A DNA stretch of 64,000 nucleotides from Oopsacas minuta (lineage: Eukaryota; Animalia; Porifera): positions 124,001 through 188,000 of the forward strand of contig JAKMXF010000011.1 in the NCBI GenBank assembly GCA_024704765.1. Reading direction: 5' to 3'. How positions within the stretch are numbered: the stretch's first letter is position 1; each line of letters begins with the position of its first letter. This document shows positions 41,480 through 54,269 of this stretch, piece by piece. A model generated the notes under the pieces. It saw only the letters and a program-made list of their open reading frames with translations. It made no database searches and was not told the origin of the DNA. The position numbers and the translations under genes are program-made.

Positions 41480-42675
41480 TACTGTAGATAGATTATTGCC
41501 AAATTTCGTTTCAATATTATTGATTAAGGTAGAATAAATTAATTCCTCGATAAAAGTTGTGAAGTTTGGAAAGTCGAAGGTGAATGTTTAGATTATCTCT
41601 ACTTGTAGTCTATGTTAATATCACTGTGTTGTGAAAGATGAGTAAAAATAGGATACACTTATTCATACTTCCTCCAAGTTACAATAATATACAACTCTCA
41701 AGAATTAGAGGTGACTCTCGGGAACGCAGGAGATCTCAAATGTTCACACAATATCGTGGCTATGTCGCCAAATGAATAGATAAAACATGCTGTCTCGCCA
41801 ATCTATGAGATTTGGAAAATGTCAAGTCAAGGAACCAAAACAAGAAAGAGATCCAATTGGGATTATGAGAATCTGTGAAAATTGCGAATACTTGTCAGAG
41901 TTTGAACCTCTGGGTATGATATATATAGCATTTTCACTGCTAACTTAGGATTACATTTCTAATTTCTCTAACTAACAGGCCAAAATACTGAAGTTTTCTT
42001 TATTATCAAGAAAGAAACTACATTATACGAACAATTTTGTATGGTAATGCAATTTGAGAACAATTGTGTATTTGTGAAATATATGCATTTGGAATGATCT
42101 TTGTATAGGTGAAAATCCAAATTTTGTGGAACAAATCAAGAAATACGCATAATAATAGAAGAAAGACCATAGAAAGAAAGAACAAAATAAAACAATAGAG
42201 TGGTAAATACCAGTTTCAGCAGAGCACAATTATATATTATTGAGAGATATGTACACGAAATTTCGATAAATAATGAAAGTTGTTGATAATTACAACGATA
42301 TACAGAAAGAAAAGTAGAAATTTGGCGAAATTGCCACTGTTCATGATGGATAACAGAAAAGGGTGAAGTGATTTAGTAATTGGACAACATATTCGGATTA
42401 AGCATATCAAATTTGATACAAAACATTTGAAAACATATCAGATTAAGATACATTGTTAACATGTGAGATAAATATAGTGCTCTGTGATGAGGTTATCGCA
42501 TTCAAAAATTGGTAACCATGGATATATTATCCATGGCTACCTTAAAGATCCTACCACAACAAATATATTACTTGTATGAAAAATTAACAGTATAATACAA
42601 TACAATTTAGTATAACCGCATTATTGATATCCAAAGATGTTATTCAACGCTACTTATACCTAAGGCTTTGAGGTA

Positions 42676-45015
42676 CAGTATGTCCTCTCTAATAGTCCAC
42701 CTACTGGCAACGGTAGTTGTGGTGGACTATTATAGGTATTGGACTATTAGAGTTTAACATGTGTAAATACCGAAATTAATGTGCAGTATATACATATTTA
42801 TACATCACATGAAATGTCCAATTGTGGAACAAAATACTCCCTAAGGACAGTTTGCTTTGAGTTTAGGTCCTTTTTCTCAGCTTTCAAGTCTAGGCATTTG
42901 CGATACACCCTTGTGAGCATATAAGTAGCTTCATCTTCATCTAATGATGACATTATTTGTATAACCTTCTCAACCATTTCAATGCCTTCAGTAATGTTCA
43001 CACTATTGAGAGCTTCCATTCGAGTAAGAGGTTGTACTTCAGAATCCGAATCATCATCTGCACTTAATGGATCTGGCGGTATGTCCACGCTACTAGGATC
43101 TATCTCCATTGAAGTTTCAGTTGCACCATCGTTTCCTGCAGTGGGTTGCACATCTTCTCGTTCAAGTGCCATTTGAACTTCATCTTGTTTAACAAGATCA
43201 CCATCTTCGATATCAAACCAGTCATTTAGTACATCAACGAGACCTGCAGGATCATTTTTAGCTTGCCATTGGAGAGCAACAAACTCTCCAATGAAATGCT
43301 CTCTCTCTATTGCAGGAGGAGGTTGATCATTGTCATCCTGGCTCGAGGGTTGACTGCTGATAGTTGCATGCTGCAACAAACTGCTTAACTCTTCAACAGC
43401 TGGCAGACTTAATGGTCGACGATAAGTCTCAAGACCCTCTACATGACATGTAGGCAGAATGTCTGCTTTCAACCAGCAATTTAGTAGAGTTGACTGGTTC
43501 ATTGATTCCCACACCTCGTGCGCTATTGTTGCAGCATCTAAGAGGTTCGGTGGGTAAGCATGATTTAGCCCTCTAACTCCTGCTGTAATGGAGGCTCCAA
43601 TTGCTCGCAATTCATCATACCTTTCAAGGCTTTTAACCATTGAATGTAGCATGTTGGACTTGTACTTCCTCTTAAGTGCAGCGATAATGCCCTGATCCAT
43701 AGGTTGATGGACTGATGTACAGTTTGGTGGTAGCAAAACCCACTTGACCTGTGGGTCTTGAAGAGCAGCATCAGTTTTATCATGGGAACCAAAGTTGTCA
43801 GCTATCAGAATGACTGGTCTGGATGTCCTCTTTCGAATTGCTGGCAGAAAGACATCATGGAACCACCATTTAGTCAGTACATGATCATTCCATGCATTCT
43901 TCTGCGAGTTGTATGGCAAAGGAGATGGACATGTTCGAAAGCAACGAGGCTGGGCTGCCTTCCCAATCATAGCAAGAGGAATCTTGTGTGTGCCTATTGC
44001 ATTAGTACACGTGATAAGGGTGACACGATCCTTTGCTTTTTGAGCTTTAGTTCCCCGTGTACGTCGTCGCTGTTCATTTGGTGCAGTATACGTTGCACTA
44101 GGAATCAATCTAAAGTACAAGCCAGTTTCATCCCAGTTGTATATAAGCTCTGGGTCATACTCCTCTAGCATTTTTTTAATTTCCTGGATCCTCTCTTTAA
44201 TATCTTCTGGGTTTACGTCGCCTGCTTCCCCATGCAGGCGAACACTCTTTCCTATGCTGTTTCTTTTCATCAGCTTTTGCCACCAACTATTTGATGCTTT
44301 AAACTCATGTTCACCAAGGGATTTGGCCACTTGTTCAGCATACACCTTTATAATACTCAAAGAAATAGGCATAGGTTTGCGTCTGTTACGAAGAAGAGAA
44401 ACAAATGCTACTACTTTTTCTTCTATAGCCCTATACTTGATCTCACGATTACGTCGAAGATCACCAGATGTCGTAAGAAGTTGTTGCTTGAGCTTCTTTG
44501 CACTCCACAAAACTCGGTTTATCGTCTTTACAGTGACATTATACTGTTTTGCAAGCATAGTCTGGTTAACTCGGACCAAGGTGGATTCTACAGAGTTGGG
44601 TTGAAAGCCACTTTTAGTGCTTGATCAATCACATCACATTTCTGCTTCAGTGTAAGCTCAACCCTTTGCTTCTTTGCAGCAAGCTGAGCTGTGGTGTATT
44701 TCTTGCCTTTTCTTGTTGAAGCACCTCTTAGGTGAATAGGTTGCTTTCGACCAGGAGCCATTGCTAAAAAACTGAGCTAGAAAACTGAGCTAGAACTAAA
44801 ACAGGCTAGCAGCTGTCAGCAGTGCAGGTTTTAACAAGCAGCTGCCAGATTCTAAATAGTGCCTGTTTTAACAAGCAGCTGCCAGCACTGCAGTGCACTC
44901 TGTACACTTATGTAACATTGTTTACACCTACAAATACAAATGGGTTTTGGGTATCTGCTAGACTATTAGGGGATTTGGACTATAAGGGAGGTGGACTATT
45001 AGAGAGGACATACTG
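42676..45015 (-). mobile_element. Young pogo/Tigger (Jerky/TIGD-like) DNA transposon
   Basis: TA|CAGTATGTCCTCTCTAATAGTCCACCT ... AGGTGGACTATTAGAGAGGACATACTG|TA: a perfect 27-bp TIR. Repeated subterminal GGACTATTA motifs at both ends. Confidence 0.95.
42798..44761 (-). CDS. pogo transposase (HTH_psq, CENP-B HTH, DDE_1), intact except for one frameshift at ~44612-44615
   Basis: ATG 44761 MAPGRKQP...KKQRVELTLKQKCDVIDQALK, then a frame switch to SGFQPNSVESTLVRVNQTMLAKQY... open to 42798. Motifs YNWDETGLYF, ADNFGSH, LPPNCTSVHQPMDQGII. Confidence 0.85.
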
Positions 45016-46040
45016 TATCGGAAATAGACCTTTAAAGCGGCATATACTTCAGAAATTTGCTCAACTGGGCGACTTTGCACTCATCTAAGAGCAAAAGGTT
45101 CTAAATTAAAAAGTATAGACCAAATCGTAACATGTCTATGCACCTAGCTCGAGATTGTAAACATTATCAAAGTTATTAGAATATTCTTCTGGCGTTTTGG
45201 GGAATGCTATTTTAACAAATAATGTACATTCAAAGACTATTATTTTCTGCTTAACATTATGTATGAATTTTGAAAAACTTGCTGGATTCACAATTTGCCA
45301 GTTGGTTAAATTACGCTCCACTAATCCGTAGACAGTTGATTTTAGGAATGGTTAGTGAGTTGTTAGACGAATATCAATAAGTAAATAATATGGGCAAGTC
45401 ATCTTACAGATATATACTTATATGAGCATCCAGTTGCAAAGCCTAGATTCATTCGGGCGCTAACAATCTTAGTAAATTTGCGTTGCTAGTAACCCTAATG
45501 GAAAGTGTGTATTTTCAACATCAGCAATTTACATTGTATATAACTCCTACCTCAAAATATTGCAGATTTGAGATGTGTATGACTAACAAGTTATTTTTCA
45601 AGAAACCGGTTTGATTATTACTAAGGAAAGAATCGAGTTTTAAAATTCTTGATTTTGAACACTATTTGTGAACCAAAATATAATTTCAACCATAAATCTT
45701 AGCAAGTAATGATTGTGATCGTGATTGTATTTGTAGCTCTGTTCGTGTATTGTCCTGAAATCTATGAACATAACCCTATTATTCTCATCACAGTATAGTT
45801 ACGCCGTTCGCGAATTTGTCGTTCAAGACATTTTCAGGAACAGGCACCCGCCAACAGTGAGGGATACCTATACAGACAATGCAAATGAAGTCCATAGAGA
45901 AAATATATATAGTAGGATAAATTTATTGGTTTTCGAATACATATGGCCATCAAAGCCATATGCAATAAATCACCTAAGAAGAGGCCATAGATCGTAGGGA
46001 CAAATAATCAATTGATCAATAGTACAGATAAGATATTTAC

Positions 46041-46270
46041 CTGATCAAATGATAAATGATTAAGGGGAGTATATGTAAACAAATCTTTTCTTTGATCATG
46101 CAAAACATGATGCCGATGGCTGAAGGTTCCACGCTCAACGTCCTGGCCTGACAAACGAACATGCTTTCCATCCATAAGAATTGATCCGATGCTCATGGCC
46201 TCGCCCATTGCCCAGTCAATAATTCCAGCATTAAGCATCTGCAGACGCCCATTAAGAATTCGGGCCAATC
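46041..46270 (-). CDS. OGDH: OGDH internal exon ([77 protein letters not shown])
   Basis: Invariant [16 protein letters not shown] motif. Acceptor CTTCTTTTAG|GA (phase 1), donor CAG|GTAAAT (phase 0); 230 bp. Confidence 0.97.
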
Positions 46271-47037
46271 CTAAAAGAAGAAGTATAGACAAATATTTGA
46301 AGTAAAATTATGGAGAATACAATCACAAAGTTATACAAATAAAAAATCATAGTCAATTGAAGAACAGTAGCATGCCATGTATGCCATAATTGCAAGCGGG
46401 CAGGAAGAAATATCATTTACCTGCTGTTTTCGCACAATCGGAAATGAAGATAAATAAGTGACCAAGAATGAGACAGTGAAGATTAGAATGGAATTGTGAT
46501 TAAGAAAAAATATGACATTAGCAGACTTCATGTTTAGAAAGTTAATGAAGTCTTACTTAGAATTGTGAACAATGCTGAAAAATTGATGGAGAAATTGATG
46601 CTTTGCAATTTGAAGCAAATTACGCTAGAAGGGTGTTATTGCAAATAACACCAAGGACTTAGTAAAGGACTTACTAAAACAAAATTTGAAACTTTTTACT
46701 AGGTGCAATGTATAATTACAAAGCTGCAAACATTCAAATATATGCATATTTTCTCTATACTAGGCTTTCTCAACGGGGGGCGCTACAGCACCAGTTTAGA
46801 GATTTTAAGGGGGCGTTGAGGGAATATTTCTATCAACTTTAAAATTTCAATCTGTCGACAGAAATCAGATAACTATAAAACTTGTGATATGTGTCAAATT
46901 GAACATAAGAAAGATTAGACACAGACGGTATAGATTCAACATAATCGTATTGTGTGGTAATCATAATGTAAGTGTCATAAAAATCAATATGCCGTATATA
47001 TGCATCTAAATAAATCTAATGACGAAAGGAAACTAGG

Positions 47038-47590
47038 TACAGTGGCACGAAATGGCTAAAACCTGGAAGTAGGTATTAGGGTACTAGATAACGTATGAAA
47101 CTATATTATTGACATATGGGGAATCGTACCCAAGGAATCGATTGACGTAACTAAATTTTTTCTAAATCTTTGGATGTGAAAGTAATGACGTCATTGTCAC
47201 ATTAAAAATGTTTTGATTGTTTTATCGATTATAATTAAGCCAATTTGTGAACTATAGGTTCAGAAATTGAATGTTTTATGTTTTGATACTATTAACACTA
47301 TTTAATGTACATTTTTATCAGCTTATGAAACCACATTTCTTGTTAAAATGACTTACCGTTCATTGAACTACAAACTATAACGTATTTATAATTAGAGAAT
47401 TCACCAAAATATCTTGACAGCTCTTTAGCTCAGATAGATCTGGCTCCGAATCGTTTTTGGTAATATTACTAAAGGATGCTAAAATTGGGTCACTTTGAGA
47501 GACAAGCCTGACGAACACATTATCTTTGACTGATACTATATATAAATTTGCATCCAAATTTTGTGAATATCTTGATCGAATTAGCAACGG
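47038..47590 (-). mobile_element. Transib 3' fragment (third copy), degraded
   Basis: RYSQNL...KDNVFVRLVSQSDPILASF matches the C-terminus of the other two Transibs. TIR-like TACAGTGGCACGAAATGGC at 47038. Confidence 0.65.
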
Positions 47591-50432
47591 TTGGAATTAC
47601 AAATAACTAGTTAATTAACGAGTGCTTCTGTAGTACGAAGTTCATATATATATACAGGTCAATACCGTTGTTAATCAACAAGATAGTAATTGTATTTTGT
47701 ATAGTAGAACTCCGATAAAGATGCACTCAAGTAACAGTATTTCGAATTTATCATTTCGATTTACAGCCAAGGGGTAACGAAGGCCCCTTCTAGGCTGGGC
47801 CCACAAATGATAGCAGTGTTGCAAGGTGGTAGTTATTGTACTGACCGAAATCAAACCCATGATATGTATAAATTTCATTGATCTGATAGGTTACATTGGA
47901 TTCAGAGAATCCGAATCCATGATACCTATTATCCAAAATCTATCCAGCCGCTTTGATTCCATAGTACAATTTTTGAATACTAAGAATCCCAAATTGTGCA
48001 ACGATATCAAAATAAGAAAGCACAATATTGCATATCTTACTGTTAATTTTAAGAAGTAAAATTAGCTAAATTTGCAACTTCAAGGTTAAGATATCTAATT
48101 CAGCAAAAGGAATCAGTCATCCTTCCATTAATAAGCAAATCTCTATCGGAGAGAGATGTACAATTTCCCTTCTTTGCACCCAGTTCCTGATGTAACTGAA
48201 GTGCAATTATAGGTATATGTATCCATAACCTATTATACATAAGGCCTATTCACCCCAATAAACCAGGGATAACTGGGAGTGGATTATATTATTCACCCAT
48301 AACAGAATTTACAATATTCTATCCTTTTATAAACAAGGTTCCAGTATGAATCATTTGATGTTATTGTAATATTTTACTACTGCGTCCAGATCGTTTTCTT
48401 TTTGTCTTTGATTGTTTCAATTGCTTAGTTAGATACAGTTCATTTTCTGAGTATCGCCTAAATCTTGTTCCGAACCCAGATGTCAAACGGGTTACAACAA
48501 TGATCACCGTGGTATACAAGCCTTCCAGATGGTACCTAATGCTCCAGATATTGAGCAAAGTGAAAGTCATTTTTGCACAGAGATGGTGAGCCCCAATATA
48601 AAAAGGTTGTCTAATCAATTTCCAAGGGTTTGGTTTAGGATCTAGTGTATATTTTATAATTTTCCACTGCTATTGGTAATTTTGTACTACTGAGCAAATA
48701 TCGCCGTTTGTTTATAATCTCTCAAATGTTTTAGCACAACTAAAGAAGATTTACTTGTGTGCCAAACATTTTGATCCCCAGGACATAAGAGACACTAGTC
48801 ACATTTAGACATTGATGGCAAGAATAAAACCCGTAGTATACCGTACAAGCTAGATTGCAGAAAGGAGCATTGCCTAAGTGTCTTCCCAATTGTCCTACTT
48901 ACCTCAATGATAGTTCTATAAAACAACAGCGCTTTGATTGAGTAAAAGGTTACCTATGGTAATGGCTCTGAAATTTTGTTTACTCTAAATTCTAGGTTTT
49001 GAGGCAAAGTAATGAGAGCTTTGAATAGGAACAAAGAAAGTTTGCTATAGGAGGTTTCATCTAACTCATTACCAGATTATCTGACATTCATGTTACTTTC
49101 GGTTGGATTATTTGGCATCCTGATTCTACTACCTTGACTTTGTTAATCCTGCATTGACGCATCTGATAACACTTCAAAACTTCATTCCTATAGACCAGCA
49201 CTCTACAAGTTATTTGTTGTCATCATGGAATTCAAGTTGATTTTTATGTTCCTATGATCAATGATAATCGAATTATAAATACTTTGATTGATCTACTGAC
49301 AAAATTTAAAGTTTCTAGAGCTCTTATTGGTAAGTACTAATTATGAATTTTGGAAGTTTTCATTATAAAGCTAATTATATCTCTTATAGAGATAGACAAG
49401 AGCATTTCCTCAGTAAAGCAACCTATTTCAATACTCGATGATGCATTAGGTAATACATACAATCCTTTAATGTGAATATCCTAGTTATTTTGAATTGTGA
49501 CTATAGGTATGGACAAGTTTCCATATCTCATAACTCAATTGCACTTTATCGTGGGTCAACTGGAGAAACTGATTATTCTAAAAACTAGACGTCGCTACAA
49601 AATAATTACGATGATCTTCTCACTCAAGTCTCTTTTGTAGTCTCATGCTTGTCATAGACAACTACGTAATATAGACTGTATATCTTTACCACATGAGCCA
49701 CCATTACGTCGTCTATATTCTTGTTTTAGTTTGGACACTGAGTTCAAACATCCTTGAAAGCTGAGACGAGTGGCTTTAAACAACATTGAAAGTCATCTTT
49801 GTATTAATATGGATGAGATACCCAGCAAATCTGGCCTTTAATATAAAGGTTAGCTGAGTACAGTGATTTCATATATTCATAGAACTTGTACAGGTAATAA
49901 TATTATAGTATATCCTATATATTGTAGGTGGAAAGATCAATGGTAATGCAGAAAGTTTACAGTCTCTGAGTGTGATAGAACCTGCCAAGACAAATCTATT
50001 TTTATGTTATCGAGTTCGTCGAAGAAATGGTGACTGGTTGTACGATTATCCCCCATTAGCCAACCCCAAAGCTTCTAATATACTCCCAATCACTGTGAAA
50101 GTTATTAAATCTATCGAACAACTTGAGCTTTTCATTGATGTAATCGTATCATACATATATCCACTGAATGTCAATCGTTTCAAGTTGCTTGGGAATGAAG
50201 AAGAAATTCTGTTTCAGGTAGTTCACCCAAGCGATAATCAACTTTCTCTATACATAATGTTCGTTTTGTGCACATTTTAAGAACATTCGAAATAACTGGC
50301 TAAATCAAAAGAGTTCAACTGCACTAATGTATTTCTAAACTTTGAATATATCTAGCAACGTAATTACCCAATGAGATAGTCACAGGCAACATTTCAGGTA
50401 ATCGAACTTAAAGACAACTACTTATGTACATA

Positions 50433-51771
50433 CTGGATGTATCAAAAGTGCAGTCGTATTATATATTTGATTATAAATCATTCAATACACAATATAAACT
50501 TATACTCTATTTACCAATATAATCTCCTGATCGACATATAACTTCGCCAATGCGATTAGGCATGCCATTTGTCAAATTTCGAAAAATCACAGGGTCAATC
50601 CCTAACCACACCTTTCTCAAATGAATTATGAGAGAATTTATAGTGCTAACTTCGGGGAGTTTACTGAGCCTGTCTGAAAGGATAGACCATAAATTTCGAT
50701 TGGATTCAAATCCGGAGAGTTGCCTGGCCAGTCAGCCTTCGCCCAGTAGGTTGGCAGGTGTTCTGAACACCAAGTCTAAGTGAACTTGGCGGTGTGGGCT
50801 GATGCGCCATCTTGCATAAAAATCGACTGAGACATCTTTTCAGTCATAGACCGTTCCAAAATAGTACCAGAATTTGCTGTTCTTCTTATTGCATCCATGC
50901 AAGTTCCTTTCAATATTTTTCTCCATAATATTCACCATTAACATTCTGTTTCTGAGCGATTATATGGAGTTCTGAGAGTGCCTGATGAGACATCATCCCC
51001 CAAACTTGGATTTCGCCGGGAATTTAACACAATTGAATGGCTGAACATCCGCCAAACCATGTGGCCACACTTGGCCGTTCTGCCTGTTTGGTGATGCAAA
51101 TATTTGAAAGGGTAATTCATCGGACCATAAAACATTCTCCCAATCTGTTACAGTCCAATTCTAGTGTTTGAAGGCGAAGTCGAGTTGATTTTGCATCATT
51201 TTATTGGTCAGTAGAGGGATTCGCTGTCTTTTGTAAGGATAAACATTGATGGAATCCCTCAAATAGCGATGTACTGTTGAATGGGAAGCGGAAAAACCAG
51301 AATTGACCAATGTACGTGCTATAGATCGTGTAGATTTTCCTCTCTTGACAAAGTCAGGATATGATGATTTTAGGAACGCGAGAAAGAATCTTTGGGCGTC
51401 CGCTCCTGGGTATAGTACCCAAGGATTGTCCAAGTATTTCTCGATGGGACCATCTTTGGACTGATCTAATTGAAATATCTAAGCATCTGACACTTTTATA
51501 AGAGTCAAACCAGCCCTTAGCATCCCAATGGCTTTATTTCGGAGTTCAATACCATGGTCGTTGACATCCATTATGCAAAAGGTGCACAAAAATGTAAAAA
51601 CTTAGAAAAAACTGTCAAAAAGTTGATATGTATAATAGTTTGTGCAGATAAATATACAAAACAATTTCAAATTCCAGAATAATAACAAAATGATAAGAGT
51701 AAGAAATGGGTCGCAAATATTATGATCTTCGTATAATTGCTAGTTATACGACTGCACTTTGATGCACCCTG
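50433..51771 (-). mobile_element. Tc1/mariner DD37E-type element, pseudogenised
   Basis: TIRs CTGGATGTATCAAAAGTGCAGTCGTAT / revcomp CAGGGTGCATCAAAGTGCAGTCGTAT; TA on the left, TT on the right. WSDE ... FMQDGASAH-(37 aa)-SPDLNPIENLWS with in-frame stops. Confidence 0.85.
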
Positions 51772-52490
51772 TTCATGCTACATTGCAAACATTGAACGTA
51801 TCTGTACTTAGGATTTGAGACTACAATACAAATCTGAACAGCTATCTGTTGCCAAACCTGCACCAAGGCTAACTTATAATGCATGTTGGCCTTCTATTTC
51901 TGAAAGACAGAAAGTGACAAGTAGCTTTATTGAAATAGTAGGTGAGTATGTATAACACTACGTAACAAATTTGTATGAAATCTTTGTTTGGCTTGATATT
52001 TTGATTGTTTATGGATAATTTTGAGGCGCTGATTCCGAAAATACAATTAGTTTTTTTCTATCATCGATCGTTAGCTTTCAGGAAGCCTATTTATATGAGC
52101 AGGTTACACGCTTAGCCAACCCAGCAAAAACGTACGTCACAATCAAAATCTTTTGTGCTATAACAATAAAGATAACAAACATTTTGCACTCCCTTCACTG
52201 TCTCTTGTCTTTTTAAGCTCTGGGAGACACTTAAAGTGTCTGCGAATGCACAGCTTAAACAGCATCAGAATTCCAGGCTGGGGTAGGATTGCAAAACTTA
52301 GAAATTTCGTTCTTGCGTATAGTTTATTTGCTATCCAGTACCTTCACTTGGAAAGTATTTACTTATATTAATACTATAAGCTACCAGCAGCTAGTATAAG
52401 CATAAGTATAACTGCCTTTAGCAGAGAGGCAGAAATAACTTGCTGGTTGTTCTTACGTTAAGTTAGTGTTTTTCAAATTTAGAAATTGCA

Positions 52491-52916
52491 ATGGCTAGTA
52501 GACAATGCAAGAATTCACCTGACTCATTTTGCTATGTTTGTGGATATTATGTTGGTGACAAACATGTTTCAAATAAAATATCAAAAGAAGCTAAGTATTG
52601 GGAAGCGTATAGACTGTATTTTGGGATGTCCATTGGGGATCAGGAAAAGGCCTGTGCCCCACATGTGATTTGTGGCAGCTGTCGATCTAATCTTGAAGCT
52701 TGGTTGAGGGGTTCCGCTAGAGTTATGCCATTTGCTATTCCAAGAGTTTGGAGAGAGCCACAAAACCATCATGATGATTGTTACTTTTGTATGGTAAATA
52801 TTGCTAAGTACCGCAAGGTTAAGGGAAGAAGAGCACTGACTTATCCAAGTATACCATCATCCATTGCACCTGTTCCTCATAGTGAAACTTTACCAGTTCC
52901 AAAACCACCAGCAAAT
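52491..52916 (+). CDS. Chapaev3 transposase exon 1 (Cys/His-rich N-terminal zinc-binding domain), 142 codons
   Basis: MASRQCKNSPDSFCYVCG...APHVICGSC...WREPQNHHDDCYFC; ends GCA AAT|GTAAGT (phase 0). Confidence 0.88.
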
Positions 52917-53015
52917 GTAAGTAGTTTTATGTTTTATAATATAAGGCTACGCTAGCTTATATGCTGTAAGGGTGACCCACAATCTGCATCTTGTGTTTTA
53001 TTCTTGTCATTTTAG

Positions 53016-54269
53016 TTGGAGTTTAATACTGAATGTGAAGACTCGATATCAAGTGAAACTTCGGATGCTGAGGAGGAGTATCTCCAATCAACAAGTGCAG
53101 ATCGTCATTATCCTTCTAAGAGAGAATTAGATGACTTAATACGAGATCTGCAACTAACAAAATCTGCAGCAGAGCTATTGACGTCAAGATTAAGCGAGTG
53201 GAATTTGCTGCGTGATGATTGCAAAATAACTGCTTACAGGAAGAGGCACTTGGACTATTCTGTTTACTTTGATGTAATACAGGATCTGTGCTATTGCAAA
53301 GATGTGAATGGTTTGTTTGATGCTGTTGGAATTGAACATGACCCTTCTCAGTGGCGACTTTTTATTGACAGTTCCACCAAAAGTCTTAAAGGAGTTTTAC
53401 TTCATAATGGGAACAAATATCCGTCAATTCCACTTGCTTATTCAATACAAATGAAAGAAGACTATGAAAATGTCAAGCAACTACTGCTTAAAATAAACTA
53501 TGCTGAATTTAACTGGCAGCTCTGTGGCGATTTTAAGATGTTGGGGTTTTTGTTGGGACTGCAGGGTGGTTACACCAAATACTCATGTTTTCTTTGTTTG
53601 TGGAACAGCAGAGCTGATGGAGAACACTACTCGAAGATTCAATGGCCGCCAAGAAAAGAATTAATGCCAGGAAAGTACAATGTCATCAAAGAGCCACTTG
53701 TATGCCGGGAAAAAGTTTTACTACCACCTCTTCATATAAAACTAGGTTTAGTAAAGCAATTTGTTAAAGCTTTGGATTTTGAAGGAGAAGCTTTTCAAGA
53801 AATCCGTGCAATGTTTCCAAAATTATCAGATGCTAAACTAAAGGGAGGAATATTTGTTGGCCCCCAAATAACCACCATGTTAAAGTCAAGAACCCTGGAG
53901 GGTAAAATGACCGAAACAGAAAGAAAAGCATGGCAGGCATTTCGTGATGTAGTTAATGGCTTTTTAGGAAATAACAAAGATCCTAATTATGAAGAGATAG
54001 TGAATACTCTGATCACAAGCTACCAAAAGATGGGATGTCGCATGTCGTTGAAACTTCATTTTCTATGCTCTCATCTTGACTTCTTTCAAGAAAATTTGGG
54101 GGATTTCAGCGAGGAACATGGCGAGAGATTTCACCAAGATATTCAGCTAATGGAAAGACGGTATCAGGGCCGCTGGGACAGTGCAATGATGGGCGATTAC
54201 ATGTGGTTTTTGATAAGGGAAGACATTTCTGGTCACAAAAGAAATGCTCGTTCAACAGTTCATTTTTGA
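53016..54269 (+). CDS. Chapaev3 transposase exon 2 (catalytic DDE domain), 417 aa; spliced product 559 aa with no stops
   Basis: Pyrimidine-rich acceptor TTCTTGTCATTTTAG|TTG in phase 0. Motifs FIDSS, CGDFK, CFLCLW, PPLHIKLG, SEEHGERFHQD. Confidence 0.9.
   Translation: MEFNTECEDSISSETSDAEEEYLQSTSADRHYPSKRELDDLIRDLQLTKSAAELLTSRLSEWNLLRDDCKITAYRKRHLDYSVYFDVIQDLCYCKDVNGLFDAVGIEHDPSQWRLFIDSSTKSLKGVLLHNGNKYPSIPLAYSIQMKEDYENVKQLLLKINYAEFNWQLCGDFKMLGFLLGLQGGYTKYSCFLCLWNSRADGEHYSKIQWPPRKELMPGKYNVIKEPLVCREKVLLPPLHIKLGLVKQFVKALDFEGEAFQEIRAMFPKLSDAKLKGGIFVGPQITTMLKSRTLEGKMTETERKAWQAFRDVVNGFLGNNKDPNYEEIVNTLITSYQKMGCRMSLKLHFLCSHLDFFQENLGDFSEEHGERFHQDIQLMERRYQGRWDSAMMGDYMWFLIREDISGHKRNARSTVHF

Noticed and set aside
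44605-44620. Programmed ribosomal frameshift in the pogo transposase
   Set aside because: The run is only A4, not a canonical slippery heptamer; a mutation or sequencing indel is more parsimonious.
49928-51941. Apparent plus-strand host exons 49928-50217 and 51812-51941 with AG/GT boundaries in compatible phase (a possible gene nested in an OGDH intron)
   Set aside because: Both translate to P-element transposase motifs (HP.D...FVHI.KNIRNNWLNQK continues past the supposed donor; APRLTYNACWPS..ERQ) and lie between the P TIRs and TSD.
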